This document shows positions 41,402 to 49,445 of a DNA stretch of 49,445 nucleotides, piece by piece. The position numbers were made by a program, and so were the translations under genes. The stretch comes from a virus (taxonomy: Duplodnaviria > Caudoviricetes). The DNA lies in the IMG/VR virus record IMGVR_UViG_3300030095_005897, positions 1 through 49,445 of that record. The stretch is one strand, 5' to 3'. The first letter of the stretch is position 1, and each line of letters begins with the position of its first letter. Below the pieces are notes generated by a model, which saw only the letters and a program-made list of their open reading frames with translations, was not told the origin of the DNA and made no database searches.

Positions 41402-42217
41402 TTAATAATCTAATGTGGGATTTTCGTCATCTTCATTGTTATCAGTAGGCCCTTGATGCAAGCCTGAATTTTCAGAAGATGTTTGTGTTATATGACGACC
41501 AGCAAGCATATCAAGCATGACTGCTTCAAACTTGTCACCATATACAGTATTGGGGTCAAGAATTAGTGCCTCACGCTCAGCCAATTCAGCACTTTCCATA
41601 AGTTTTTCTTGTTCTTTCAGCGCTTCTTCCATGACATATTCAGCAACTTGCTGTTTAAGTGTATGAAGTTCGCAGGCAAGTTCAAAGCTTTCATAATAAC
41701 TATCCTGATCAACAAAAACCCCGACATTCTGTGGAATTAGATGAAAGGGATTACAGCAGTATTTATTGCCGCAGGTTGAGCGTACAGACGTGTAACCAAG
41801 GTCTCCCCAGCTAAACCACATAGCAACCCGTTGAGGGTGGTGCTGAGTGCTGCTTGTTAGGCCGTGCCGCCTCCAAGCAAACTGAGGCTGCTTAGTACGT
41901 TTATTGATGCAGCCTTTCCATTCCCAACATTCATCAGGTGCACCGATTTCAACCTGAGACCAGAACTTAAGAGCTTTCTTGCGATTCGCCTTAAGAAGAG
42001 AGTCGATATTAAAAGAGATACGACCTTCACGAGCAGCCGCTACACAACGAACACATGCTTGGTGACTGTCAAATCTCATTGAATGAGAAGAGAAACGTCC
42101 AAGTGAATGGCCTGTATAAAGGCATAGCTCACCTTCTATAGCAGTGTTGGACATTTGCATGACACGTCTTCCGTAAGCGTGACCTCCTCGTTTTTTGCTG
42201 GGTTGAGCTTCAGGCAT
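41402..42217 (-). CDS. HNH/His-Cys zinc-loop endonuclease-like protein with degenerate active site
   Basis: FWSQV....DECWEWKG, PQRVAM, VRSTCGNKYCCNPFHL. Confidence 0.65.
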   Translation of the reverse strand: MPEAQPSKKRGGHAYGRRVMQMSNTAIEGELCLYTGHSLGRFSSHSMRFDSHQACVRCVAAAREGRISFNIDSLLKANRKKALKFWSQVEIGAPDECWEWKGCINKRTKQPQFAWRRHGLTSSTQHHPQRVAMWFSWGDLGYTSVRSTCGNKYCCNPFHLIPQNVGVFVDQDSYYESFELACELHTLKQQVAEYVMEEALKEQEKLMESAELAEREALILDPNTVYGDKFEAVMLDMLAGRHITQTSSENSGLHQGPTDNNEDDENPTLDY

Positions 42218-42453
42218 TAAAAATCTCCTTCAGGTTTTACATAGTTACCACCATTAGCTGGATACTGCTCTTCGAGAGGCAGTTTTTCGAGTTGATGATT
42301 AATCATGTATTCATAACGAGTACTGTTTTCATATTTAATACGTACAAGTTTTGCACGTGATGTGTAGTACTCAGCGGGTCCAACTACAAGTGCAGTCAAA
42401 TCATTTGATTTAACACGCACGCGAAGACCAAGTTGAATATCAGATGCTTTCAT
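42217..42453 (-). CDS. small SH3/KOW-like protein
   Basis: IQLGLRVRVK..ALVVG..VRIKY pattern; TAATG coupling. Confidence 0.55.
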   Translation of the reverse strand: MKASDIQLGLRVRVKSNDLTALVVGPAEYYTSRAKLVRIKYENSTRYEYMINHQLEKLPLEEQYPANGGNYVKPEGDF

Positions 42454-42482
42454 AGTAATAGTTGCGAGAGAAATATGTGTAA

Positions 42483-44708
42483 TTAAAAGTCGTTCAAAAT
42501 ATGATTCTCATCAAGAGGATCATTTTTAGGACGCTGCCAAATTCGAACAGACTTAAATTTATTAGTCTGTGGATCCTTACGTTTTGTACTTAAACGTCGC
42601 CAACCTAGTGATTGAAGAACATCAGCAACACGACGAGCTTCACGACGACCTTGATTACGTGGATCAAGCTCTAATGCTTGTGTCAGAATATCGGCTGCAT
42701 AAACTTCGGGACGAATACTGACGTATGCAGCGATTTTTTCAAACCACGGATCAGGATCACCAAACTCTTGTATGTATTCTGAAATAGCAGCAATTTCACC
42801 GCTATTGAACTCATAACTAACGCCGCTACGATATGCATGAACAGCAGCTGCCCAAATACTATCGCGTTGTTCTGCTAAACGTTTCCAAGGAATTTGAAAA
42901 CCTGCACCAATTTCAAGTGGTACAAATCGACGGTTACCGGTACTATCAACAAGAAACTGGTTTCTGTTAGTCGTACCAATCATCACAAACCTTCTTGGCA
43001 ATTTCGAAGGCAATGATGCATAGGGATAGCGAACTTCGTCTACACGACTAGTAACCAAGTTTTTAAAGTTCTCGATATTACGAGAGTTGAAATAGTTATC
43101 AATTTCAGGTAACTCAAGAAGCCATGCAACATGCAATCGGTACTGCTCTTTCATCAACGTTTCCAGAGGAGTTGTAATTTCTGAGAACAATCCTTTAGGA
43201 ACAAGATTACGTGCAAACATTGACTTACCAACACCTTGAGCACCTACAAGAATTGGCAACCAAGACATTGATTCGCCTGGTTGATAAGCACGTGCAACAG
43301 CGCCAATCATCATCCGTTGCATTGCAAGCGTTGCAAGCGGCTGAGGGTTGCCTAGAAATACATTGCCTATCGAGTCCCAGTCTTCATGAGGTTTGGCGTG
43401 AGCAGCGCAATGATCCAGATACTTAGTGATAGGGCAGTAACTATTCTTAAGTGCTGCATATTGAATAGCAGCTTTAATGCGAGGTTCAGGAATAAAGATT
43501 CCATTTTCACAGGCAAGCTTAGTAGTCATTAAGTCAAGATCATGGCCTTCTAATTGAACGACTACGCCAGCATGATTGTTATATTCAATTGCTCCGGTTA
43601 GCTTATTTTTACGTAAGTCAGTCAAAATCGATTTGACTTTCGCTACATCGTCTTCGCGCTCTTTAGCTGCATCATCATTTGACTTTTTTGGCCTACCGCG
43701 TTTTTTGACATCTTTAGTATCAGGCAGTGGTTCAGGTTCAAAATCCATAGATTCTCCTTTTGAATGGGATATAATTTCATCAAAATTAAGTAGTGGATCT
43801 GTTTCGTTGTATCCACTTGCATTACTTGTAGCACTAAAAGATAAGTGAGCAGGTAATGAGCTAGTCCAGTTAGGATCTTGTTTTTTAGCTAACGAATAAA
43901 GTTTAGTATGCCCTGCGTATCTACCGAGACCTTTCCATTTATATGGTCGAATATTATCAGGTTTATGACCGTGATGGCCGCGTAAAACCCAAGCAACCCA
44001 ATCGTCAAAAATTACACTACCTACGCCAGCACAAGCTGCCATAACAGGTACGTAATAAGACTCGTATTCACCATCATCTGATGGACGTAAAAAGTCACGC
44101 AAGAGCCACTGACAACGCTGTATATCAACATCATTGCAAGCTGTTGGTATGAATTCCGCAGGCTCGTCGAAGTCAATATCTGCCAGCAGAAAATCAGGAA
44201 CAATCGCGTCAGCATTAAGACGACTAACAGAATTTGTATTGCCGTACCACAGACGTTCAGGCTTTTGACCGCAATTGTCTTTAAGCGATTCAAGACTCAA
44301 CTCCGCAAGTAAACGATTGACAATTAGCCAATATGCACCTTTATGTTGAGCAGCACTGTCTAAGTCAAGTGCAAGTAGAAAAAGTGCTCTAAATCGATGC
44401 TCTTCAGGTGTATGACTGGCAGAAGTATATGTAGCTACACACCATTGCTGAGCTGTCGTTGTATCCCAAAAAGCATCTAAAGTAGTGTCACCGTCGAAAT
44501 CGATAACAATTAGATTACTACCTGATGCATTATCACCACAGCGATGACGTTCATAAAAATGAGTAGCACACCAGCCATAACCAGCATGTACCCATTTTAA
44601 AAGCCACTCAATATCAACAAAGATATTTTTCCAACCTTTAGCAACAAGCTGTGGATTTTGTTTATTCTGACAGTTCTTGTTGACTGCAATCTTCAGTATC
44701 TTTGACAT
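42483..44708 (-). CDS. primase-helicase (AEP-like plus PriCT-like plus VirE/VapE P-loop ATPase)
   Basis: LIVIDFDG, YTSASH....RFR; Walker A GAQGVGKS, RYPY, IGTTN, DSTGNRRF. Confidence 0.88.
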   Translation of the reverse strand: MSKILKIAVNKNCQNKQNPQLVAKGWKNIFVDIEWLLKWVHAGYGWCATHFYERHRCGDNASGSNLIVIDFDGDTTLDAFWDTTTAQQWCVATYTSASHTPEEHRFRALFLLALDLDSAAQHKGAYWLIVNRLLAELSLESLKDNCGQKPERLWYGNTNSVSRLNADAIVPDFLLADIDFDEPAEFIPTACNDVDIQRCQWLLRDFLRPSDDGEYESYYVPVMAACAGVGSVIFDDWVAWVLRGHHGHKPDNIRPYKWKGLGRYAGHTKLYSLAKKQDPNWTSSLPAHLSFSATSNASGYNETDPLLNFDEIISHSKGESMDFEPEPLPDTKDVKKRGRPKKSNDDAAKEREDDVAKVKSILTDLRKNKLTGAIEYNNHAGVVVQLEGHDLDLMTTKLACENGIFIPEPRIKAAIQYAALKNSYCPITKYLDHCAAHAKPHEDWDSIGNVFLGNPQPLATLAMQRMMIGAVARAYQPGESMSWLPILVGAQGVGKSMFARNLVPKGLFSEITTPLETLMKEQYRLHVAWLLELPEIDNYFNSRNIENFKNLVTSRVDEVRYPYASLPSKLPRRFVMIGTTNRNQFLVDSTGNRRFVPLEIGAGFQIPWKRLAEQRDSIWAAAVHAYRSGVSYEFNSGEIAAISEYIQEFGDPDPWFEKIAAYVSIRPEVYAADILTQALELDPRNQGRREARRVADVLQSLGWRRLSTKRKDPQTNKFKSVRIWQRPKNDPLDENHILNDF

Positions 44709-45429
44709 CCTCTAATTCGTGAAATTGTTTAGCCCGCTTTATAAACCTAGTTTCAAACCGATTCATTTGATCTGAATCGATGAAAATTCCTTGAGTAGTT
44801 TCTGGAGTAGAAACAATAATCAAGGCAACGTCACACATGAATCCAGTGCGCTCGTGAAGTGCAAGACGATAAGCCGCCATTTGCTGAGCACACTTTTGAT
44901 ATTTACGAAATCCACCAAAGCCAGCACGATCACCTCTTTCAGGAAACGTATTCATATATGGAGCTGTACTTGTCTTAAAGTCAGCAATGACTTTGACTCC
45001 ACCGATCTCGCCAATAAGGTCGGGACATCCGGCATACATATGTTCAGTAGACCAAACATAAGCTACCTCTCTATCATCACTTCTCAAGTGATTCCAGTCA
45101 GGACGAAGCGGTCGCTCTGACCAATGAAGTATATCAAACCAATCAAGATATTGAGTGATGCCGTTCCAATAATCCTGATATTCTTCAGGAATATTTGGAT
45201 CTAAACCACGCAAGTAGTTTTCACAACCAAGGTGGATGGCTGAACCTCTAGTGCTAGCTTCTTCAAGCGCACCTGGGTTATTTTTTTGCCACGTACGTAA
45301 AGAAGCTTTTGATTTTTCTGTTTCGGTAGCCGAAAGTATAGTGGTAACTGACGGCATATAAAGGCCGGAACACAGGTATTTACGATATCCTGACGGCGTT
45401 TGAATACGATAGGGCAGATCAGTAGTCAC
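44662..45429 (-). CDS. PD-(D/E)XK exonuclease
   Basis: PSVTTIL, RGSAIH, YAGCPDL..IADFKTS, QMAAY. Confidence 0.85.
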   Translation of the reverse strand: MTTDLPYRIQTPSGYRKYLCSGLYMPSVTTILSATETEKSKASLRTWQKNNPGALEEASTRGSAIHLGCENYLRGLDPNIPEEYQDYWNGITQYLDWFDILHWSERPLRPDWNHLRSDDREVAYVWSTEHMYAGCPDLIGEIGGVKVIADFKTSTAPYMNTFPERGDRAGFGGFRKYQKCAQQMAAYRLALHERTGFMCDVALIIVSTPETTQGIFIDSDQMNRFETRFIKRAKQFHELEDVKDTEDCSQQELSE

Positions 45430-45769
45430 TATCCTCTACGTTAGGCTGTTGCGCTTGAAACGCTGTGCTGTAATTAGAAGGTGTGGTTTGCTGTTGAAAC
45501 ATGGCATACAACTGACCTACTGCTTGTCCAACGGCATCTACAACTTGTCCCATTGCAGCAACTTGTTGATTCAAGACAGCCACTTCCTGGCGTAGTGCCA
45601 TCGTGTGATCCATCAAAGATGGTTTCGGCGCAATCATTGCAGATTGAGGAGCAGCAGCTGGTTCTGCTGGAGGAGCTTCATTAGCGTGCTTCTGTTTTGC
45701 ACCTTCAATAATTTGAGCAATTCTGGCTTGCATTTCTGGAGGCAAGCCTTCGGTATTAATGTTAGTCAT
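45419..45769 (-). CDS. coiled-coil hypothetical protein
   Basis: 116-aa Q/A-rich ORF in the replication operon. Confidence 0.6.
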   Translation of the reverse strand: MTNINTEGLPPEMQARIAQIIEGAKQKHANEAPPAEPAAAPQSAMIAPKPSLMDHTMALRQEVAVLNQQVAAMGQVVDAVGQAVGQLYAMFQQQTTPSNYSTAFQAQQPNVEDSDY

Positions 45770-45803
45770 GAGTTAAGTAAATAAATGGATTGATTAGAGT
45801 TAT

Positions 45804-46544
45804 TTAGAACTCCGCTTCATCTTCAATTTTTTTAGCTTGTGTGCTGGGGAGCACAGTCGCTCCTCTTTTGTCTGTGCCACCTGCAGGTAAACCTTTAGCG
45901 TCAGTTTGCTTCCCATCAAAAGGATCTTTCCCTTCAAAGAAGTTAGGTAACCAAATACTTTCTTTTTCGGTAGCCCATTGTTTAACAATCTTCTCTGGTA
46001 CTTTACGAACCTTTGGGAGAATGCTGTATGAAGTTTCAAGGCCAGTGCCTTTACGAGTAATCTTAATCGAGAAATTAGCAAGTCCATCATCAGTCCATGT
46101 ATAGTCTTCGATTTCCTGAAGAATTTCAGTAAGCTGTTCTCTTAAAGACTTCTGCTCGATAAACACAACTTCTAGTCTTCCACGTGCTGCACTAGTTGCA
46201 ACCCATGCGAGAAACTTACGTGGTTTAACGGTAGTGCCATCAATCTTTGGTCGATCTGGTTTTGACCAATCAGTTTCACGAGCAAGATCAGTAGCGTTGT
46301 TTGGATAAGAACGAGTAACTACATATCCATTGAATCGCAGTTCACCAGTTTTTTCATTTAACGTTTCCGATGCATATTGCCAACCAGTAACAGCGTGACC
46401 TGTTTCATAACAGCCAAGCAATCGGAACTCTTCTGATTCACCATCTTTGAGAGAGCTTGGTTTCCAATAAGGTTGAGGTTCTTTAGTTTCAATTTTATCT
46501 GTTGATGTTGCCAGTAAATCTGGCGGTAATACTTGGAGAGTCAT
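45804..46544 (-). CDS. putative phage ssDNA-binding protein (gp32-like)
   Basis: LKDGESEEFRLLG, IKITRKGTGLETSYSILP, acidic tail EDEAEF; ATG 46544 preferred. Confidence 0.65.
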   Translation of the reverse strand: MTLQVLPPDLLATSTDKIETKEPQPYWKPSSLKDGESEEFRLLGCYETGHAVTGWQYASETLNEKTGELRFNGYVVTRSYPNNATDLARETDWSKPDRPKIDGTTVKPRKFLAWVATSAARGRLEVVFIEQKSLREQLTEILQEIEDYTWTDDGLANFSIKITRKGTGLETSYSILPKVRKVPEKIVKQWATEKESIWLPNFFEGKDPFDGKQTDAKGLPAGGTDKRGATVLPSTQAKKIEDEAEF

Positions 46545-46606
46545 AGAATTATAATTCAACTCTCCAAATATAAGCAATAGGATTAATAATTGTGAGCCAT
46601 AATTAA

Positions 46607-47269
46607 TCAATATTCGGGAATAGGATCAGTCTCTGCATAACCTTTTGCCTTACCTTTTGACTGATCTTTAGAGCCTTGAGATTTTTCAAGATCTTTGCGA
46701 GTAGAAAAATCATTTGCAACGATTGCACGATAAGGACTAGTGTCGCCCTCCTTACGATACTCACGAATATAACCGTGCACGCAGATAGGACGCCCTGATC
46801 TAAAACGCTCAAGCAACTTAGGCTTGCGGCTTTCATGCAATTCCATATATAGCCAAGTCGTTACGTCAGAATTATCTAAAGTAGTTCCAATTTTAATGGC
46901 GCAGACTCCATTCTTTCGATCTTTAGCTTCATCTTTACCGAAGAAAGCATTACCAAGAACCACTTGATTGCAATACATGTCTTGAGGAATGTTCGGCTCA
47001 ATCGTTGTAATAATCAAGTCAAGAGGCTGTGAAGTGTCATCATTAAAGACGAGGTAACCAGTCACTAAGGCCTTAGTGCTTTGTTTCCATTCGTGGAACG
47101 AATCAAGTTTACCTCCTGTTTTGTTGAAGCAGAGTAGGCGTAGTTTGACCTCTCCAGAACTATTATTAGAGGGCACAACAGCATCAGCACCGCAATAGTC
47201 GAGCCCATAAACATTAATTGGATCTGGGAAATGGGATCTGAGTTCAACAGTAGCAGCAATAAAATTCAT
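46607..47269 (-). CDS. tandem OB-fold SSB/PriB-like protein
   Basis: two units: MNFIAA..ALVTGYL and NQVVLG..TTWL...GRPICVHGYI; acidic DPIPEY tip. Confidence 0.6.
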   Translation of the reverse strand: MNFIAATVELRSHFPDPINVYGLDYCGADAVVPSNNSSGEVKLRLLCFNKTGGKLDSFHEWKQSTKALVTGYLVFNDDTSQPLDLIITTIEPNIPQDMYCNQVVLGNAFFGKDEAKDRKNGVCAIKIGTTLDNSDVTTWLYMELHESRKPKLLERFRSGRPICVHGYIREYRKEGDTSPYRAIVANDFSTRKDLEKSQGSKDQSKGKAKGYAETDPIPEY

Positions 47270-47305
47270 ATTTGTGGGATATCAATCAGCCTTTAGTTTA
47301 AAGAC

Positions 47306-47938
47306 TTAACCCCACATTGCGTGAGTTATTGTAGGCAGTTCATTGTCTAAAATTTCTCCTATACTAGCAGCAATTTGCATGTGTTCACGTTGAGTTCCAT
47401 TACTAGCGCGAAGATCAACATAGTGAAGCCAACTACGAATAGTGCCACACATATACAAGCGAGTAACTGTATTTAAAGGGAGTACAGAACGAGCACATTC
47501 TTTAGCTACACCTGAGTGAAGCAATGATTCATAAAGAGTAACTGACTCACGGAAGTGATCGTCAATGCGCTGCTTATAGTAGTCTTTAGTTACTTCAGGC
47601 AGATCATCTATAGAATTCTGCCTGTTCTTTTCATCCTGACGTCGGAGATCAGGCAATACCGTAGCGAACGTATCTGTCGGGATAGCGTACCTTTGAGAAA
47701 ATTCTTGAAAGGTAAACGATCGATGCCTAAGAATTTGTGCACTGATTGCACGAGTTGTGTGTATCTCAATGCACATTGACGCCATTTCGAATGGAGACCA
47801 GTGCTTGTGTTTGATGAGATATTTGATAAGACGTTCAACATTAGGATTGTCCTCATTTTTTGGATTAGATACTCTAGCAATTTTACCGATAAGTGCTTCT
47901 GCGTCTGGTGTAATCCAGACTAATTTAGAGTTATGCAT
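47306..47938 (-). CDS. thyX: FAD-dependent thymidylate synthase
   Basis: HWSPFE, RHRSFTFQEFSQRY, KECARSVLP, TQREH. Confidence 0.95.
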   Translation of the reverse strand: MHNSKLVWITPDAEALIGKIARVSNPKNEDNPNVERLIKYLIKHKHWSPFEMASMCIEIHTTRAISAQILRHRSFTFQEFSQRYAIPTDTFATVLPDLRRQDEKNRQNSIDDLPEVTKDYYKQRIDDHFRESVTLYESLLHSGVAKECARSVLPLNTVTRLYMCGTIRSWLHYVDLRASNGTQREHMQIAASIGEILDNELPTITHAMWG

Positions 47939-47973
47939 TACAATAAAAAAGTATTTACAAATAATAGCTTATA

Positions 47974-48948
47974 ATGGCTAATTTTGACAAAAAGTGGAGT
48001 GAACTTTCTCAAGAAGAAAGTATAGATATGAAGGAGCAGTTTGGTAGCAAACAAGCTTGGCAAGATGCTAAAGCTCAATACGAAGGTTATGGAAACGAAG
48101 CGGATAAGAAAGCAAATAAAACTACTACGTCTGGGGTACATCAGGAAGAAGCTGACGAACCCACTCCTGCTCAGACAGAGAATCGTGCAGAAGCTTTAGA
48201 ACGTACTCAAAACTATTCAGCTCAATCATCTAGTACAAATACAAACTCAAGTGGTTTAAGGACAGACGGTTACGCAACAGTTGATGATAGCGGTAAAACA
48301 GTTACATATTATGGTAAAGAAGCAGAAAAAATGAAAGCTGCTGATGCCAAATCAAGCAAAACTATAGATACATCATCACCTGCATATGCTACTGAAACAG
48401 GATACGGAGCTGATGGCAGTTTGACTGCTAAACAAATTGAAGATATGGGATATACTCCCCACCTTTATAGAGAATCGGATTATACTCAGCATATAAACAC
48501 TCAGTTTTTTGATCCAAATTCAGCAGAAGCGATTAAAGCTCGTCAAGAGTTTGAAGGAGTGAATCCATATCATACAGGTGAAATTGATAGTAAACTCAAG
48601 AATGTTAATCATGATTTTTACGATCCAAGCGTAAATGAAGGATATGCTTTTACTGCGGCTCAAGGAGATACCCCTGCTCAGCACAATTACGATGGAGATC
48701 GTAAAGCAGGCGAAGAGCTATATAAAAGTCAGTTAAAAGATGCTGGAATGGATATGAATACATTTAATGTACCGCGTGGACATGAATGGGATCCAGTTAA
48801 AGGGTATTATGTACCAAATACAAAAACACGACAAGGTTCAGCAGCTACATATGACAACATGTTTATGAGAGAACCTCAGAACTTAACTACAGATCGAAAA
48901 TCTTATATTCACAAATCATATAATCCACTTAGCGCTTATACTTCGTAA
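47974..48948 (+). CDS. hydrophilic hypothetical protein on the opposite strand to the replication module
   Basis: 324-aa ORF, TACAAT 29 nt upstream; WSELSQEE echoes the repeat in 6163..8169. Confidence 0.65.
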   Translation: MANFDKKWSELSQEESIDMKEQFGSKQAWQDAKAQYEGYGNEADKKANKTTTSGVHQEEADEPTPAQTENRAEALERTQNYSAQSSSTNTNSSGLRTDGYATVDDSGKTVTYYGKEAEKMKAADAKSSKTIDTSSPAYATETGYGADGSLTAKQIEDMGYTPHLYRESDYTQHINTQFFDPNSAEAIKARQEFEGVNPYHTGEIDSKLKNVNHDFYDPSVNEGYAFTAAQGDTPAQHNYDGDRKAGEELYKSQLKDAGMDMNTFNVPRGHEWDPVKGYYVPNTKTRQGSAATYDNMFMREPQNLTTDRKSYIHKSYNPLSAYTS

Positions 48949-49215
48949 TTAGTCATCATTGTTTTTTATTTTTCCATATAGCTTAGGTCTAATTCGTCCG
49001 TAACCTGATTCGATTGAATGAATAGGATTGTCTTTCCCTAACTTGTCGTAGTATTCGTCAAAGATATCAGTTTTAGAATAAGCACGTACAGCATCGAACT
49101 GACGCTCACCATCTTTGGTAAATGTAATAATGTGAACGTCAGTTGGAAGTTGAGTGTCGTCAAATGTATCTGGACAAATGTCTTGTTCGACGACTTGAAT
49201 TTTACTACTATGCAT
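48949..49215 (-). CDS. hypothetical protein
   Basis: 88-aa ORF, DAVRA...DIFDEYYD...GYGRIRP. Confidence 0.65.
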   Translation of the reverse strand: MHSSKIQVVEQDICPDTFDDTQLPTDVHIITFTKDGERQFDAVRAYSKTDIFDEYYDKLGKDNPIHSIESGYGRIRPKLYGKIKNNDD

Positions 49216-49444
49216 ATTGAGGTAGGTTTACATTATTGGTTTCAAAGAAAGCAGGCATACGACTAGCCCGTGTTTCAATTAGACCTTCAGCTTTTCCTCT
49301 CTTGTAGAGAGAATCTGAACTCGAAAGCCAGAAGTTGCTGGAGAGATGCTTGTGATCACATTCCCCTTTGAGGGACTGAAGTACCCACGAGACCGTAGCG
49401 CGGCGGAGATTGTTGAGGGTTTTGTCAGACGTAAGTCCAAGCGC
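49208..49444 (-). CDS. partial hypothetical protein, 5' end outside the window
   Basis: 79 open codons ...ALGLTSDKTLNNLRR...NLPQYA-TAG overlapping the next ATG. Confidence 0.55.
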   Translation of the reverse strand, partial: ALGLTSDKTLNNLRRATVSWVLQSLKGECDHKHLSSNFWLSSSDSLYKRGKAEGLIETRASRMPAFFETNNVNLPQYA

Positions 49445-49445
49445 T

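Noticed and set aside
38923-42217. Alternative genetic code explaining the missing catalytic residues
   Set aside because: PolA, ThyX, TerL and recombinase motifs translate correctly, and TAA, TAG and TGA all end genes
1-49445. tRNA, rRNA or tmRNA genes
   Set aside because: No cloverleaf with T-loop GTTCRA found in the short intergenic spaces by eye; a tRNAscan-SE/ARAGORN run would be needed to exclude them fully

Overview
This 49.4 kb window is a gene-dense fragment of a tailed dsDNA phage genome. The host is most likely a marine picocyanobacterium, judged from a cyanobacterial RpoD-type sigma factor, two NblA-like ORFs, an NtcA box and a glutamine riboswitch. No host chromosome boundary is visible. 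Bases 1-36 kb, mostly + strand, hold the virion module: putative ejection proteins, TerL, portal, scaffold, major capsid, and tail fibres with S74 chaperones. This stretch also carries the sigma factor, a tyrosine recombinase and small membrane proteins. Bases 36-49 kb, mostly - strand, hold the replication and nucleotide module: split PolA, VirE-type primase-helicase, PD-(D/E)XK nuclease, two SSB-like proteins and ThyX. The strongest signals are: (1) an NtcA box over a -10 element, then a glutamine-I riboswitch, then an unannotated 56-aa YRG peptide, matching the control logic of host gifB; (2) four enzyme-fold genes within 3.3 kb (deaminase, M15 peptidase, Dam-type methyltransferase, HNH) that all appear to lack catalytic residues; (3) a window-wide set of -10-only promoters 18-29 nt before start codons, alongside a phage sigma with altered region 4.2; (4) DNA-identical 17-bp junction repeats in a modular tail fibre, with a recombinase flanked by a long hairpin and an inverted repeat; (5) a 512-nt portal/scaffold dual-coding overlap. 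All family calls come from motif recognition by eye; no database searches were run.
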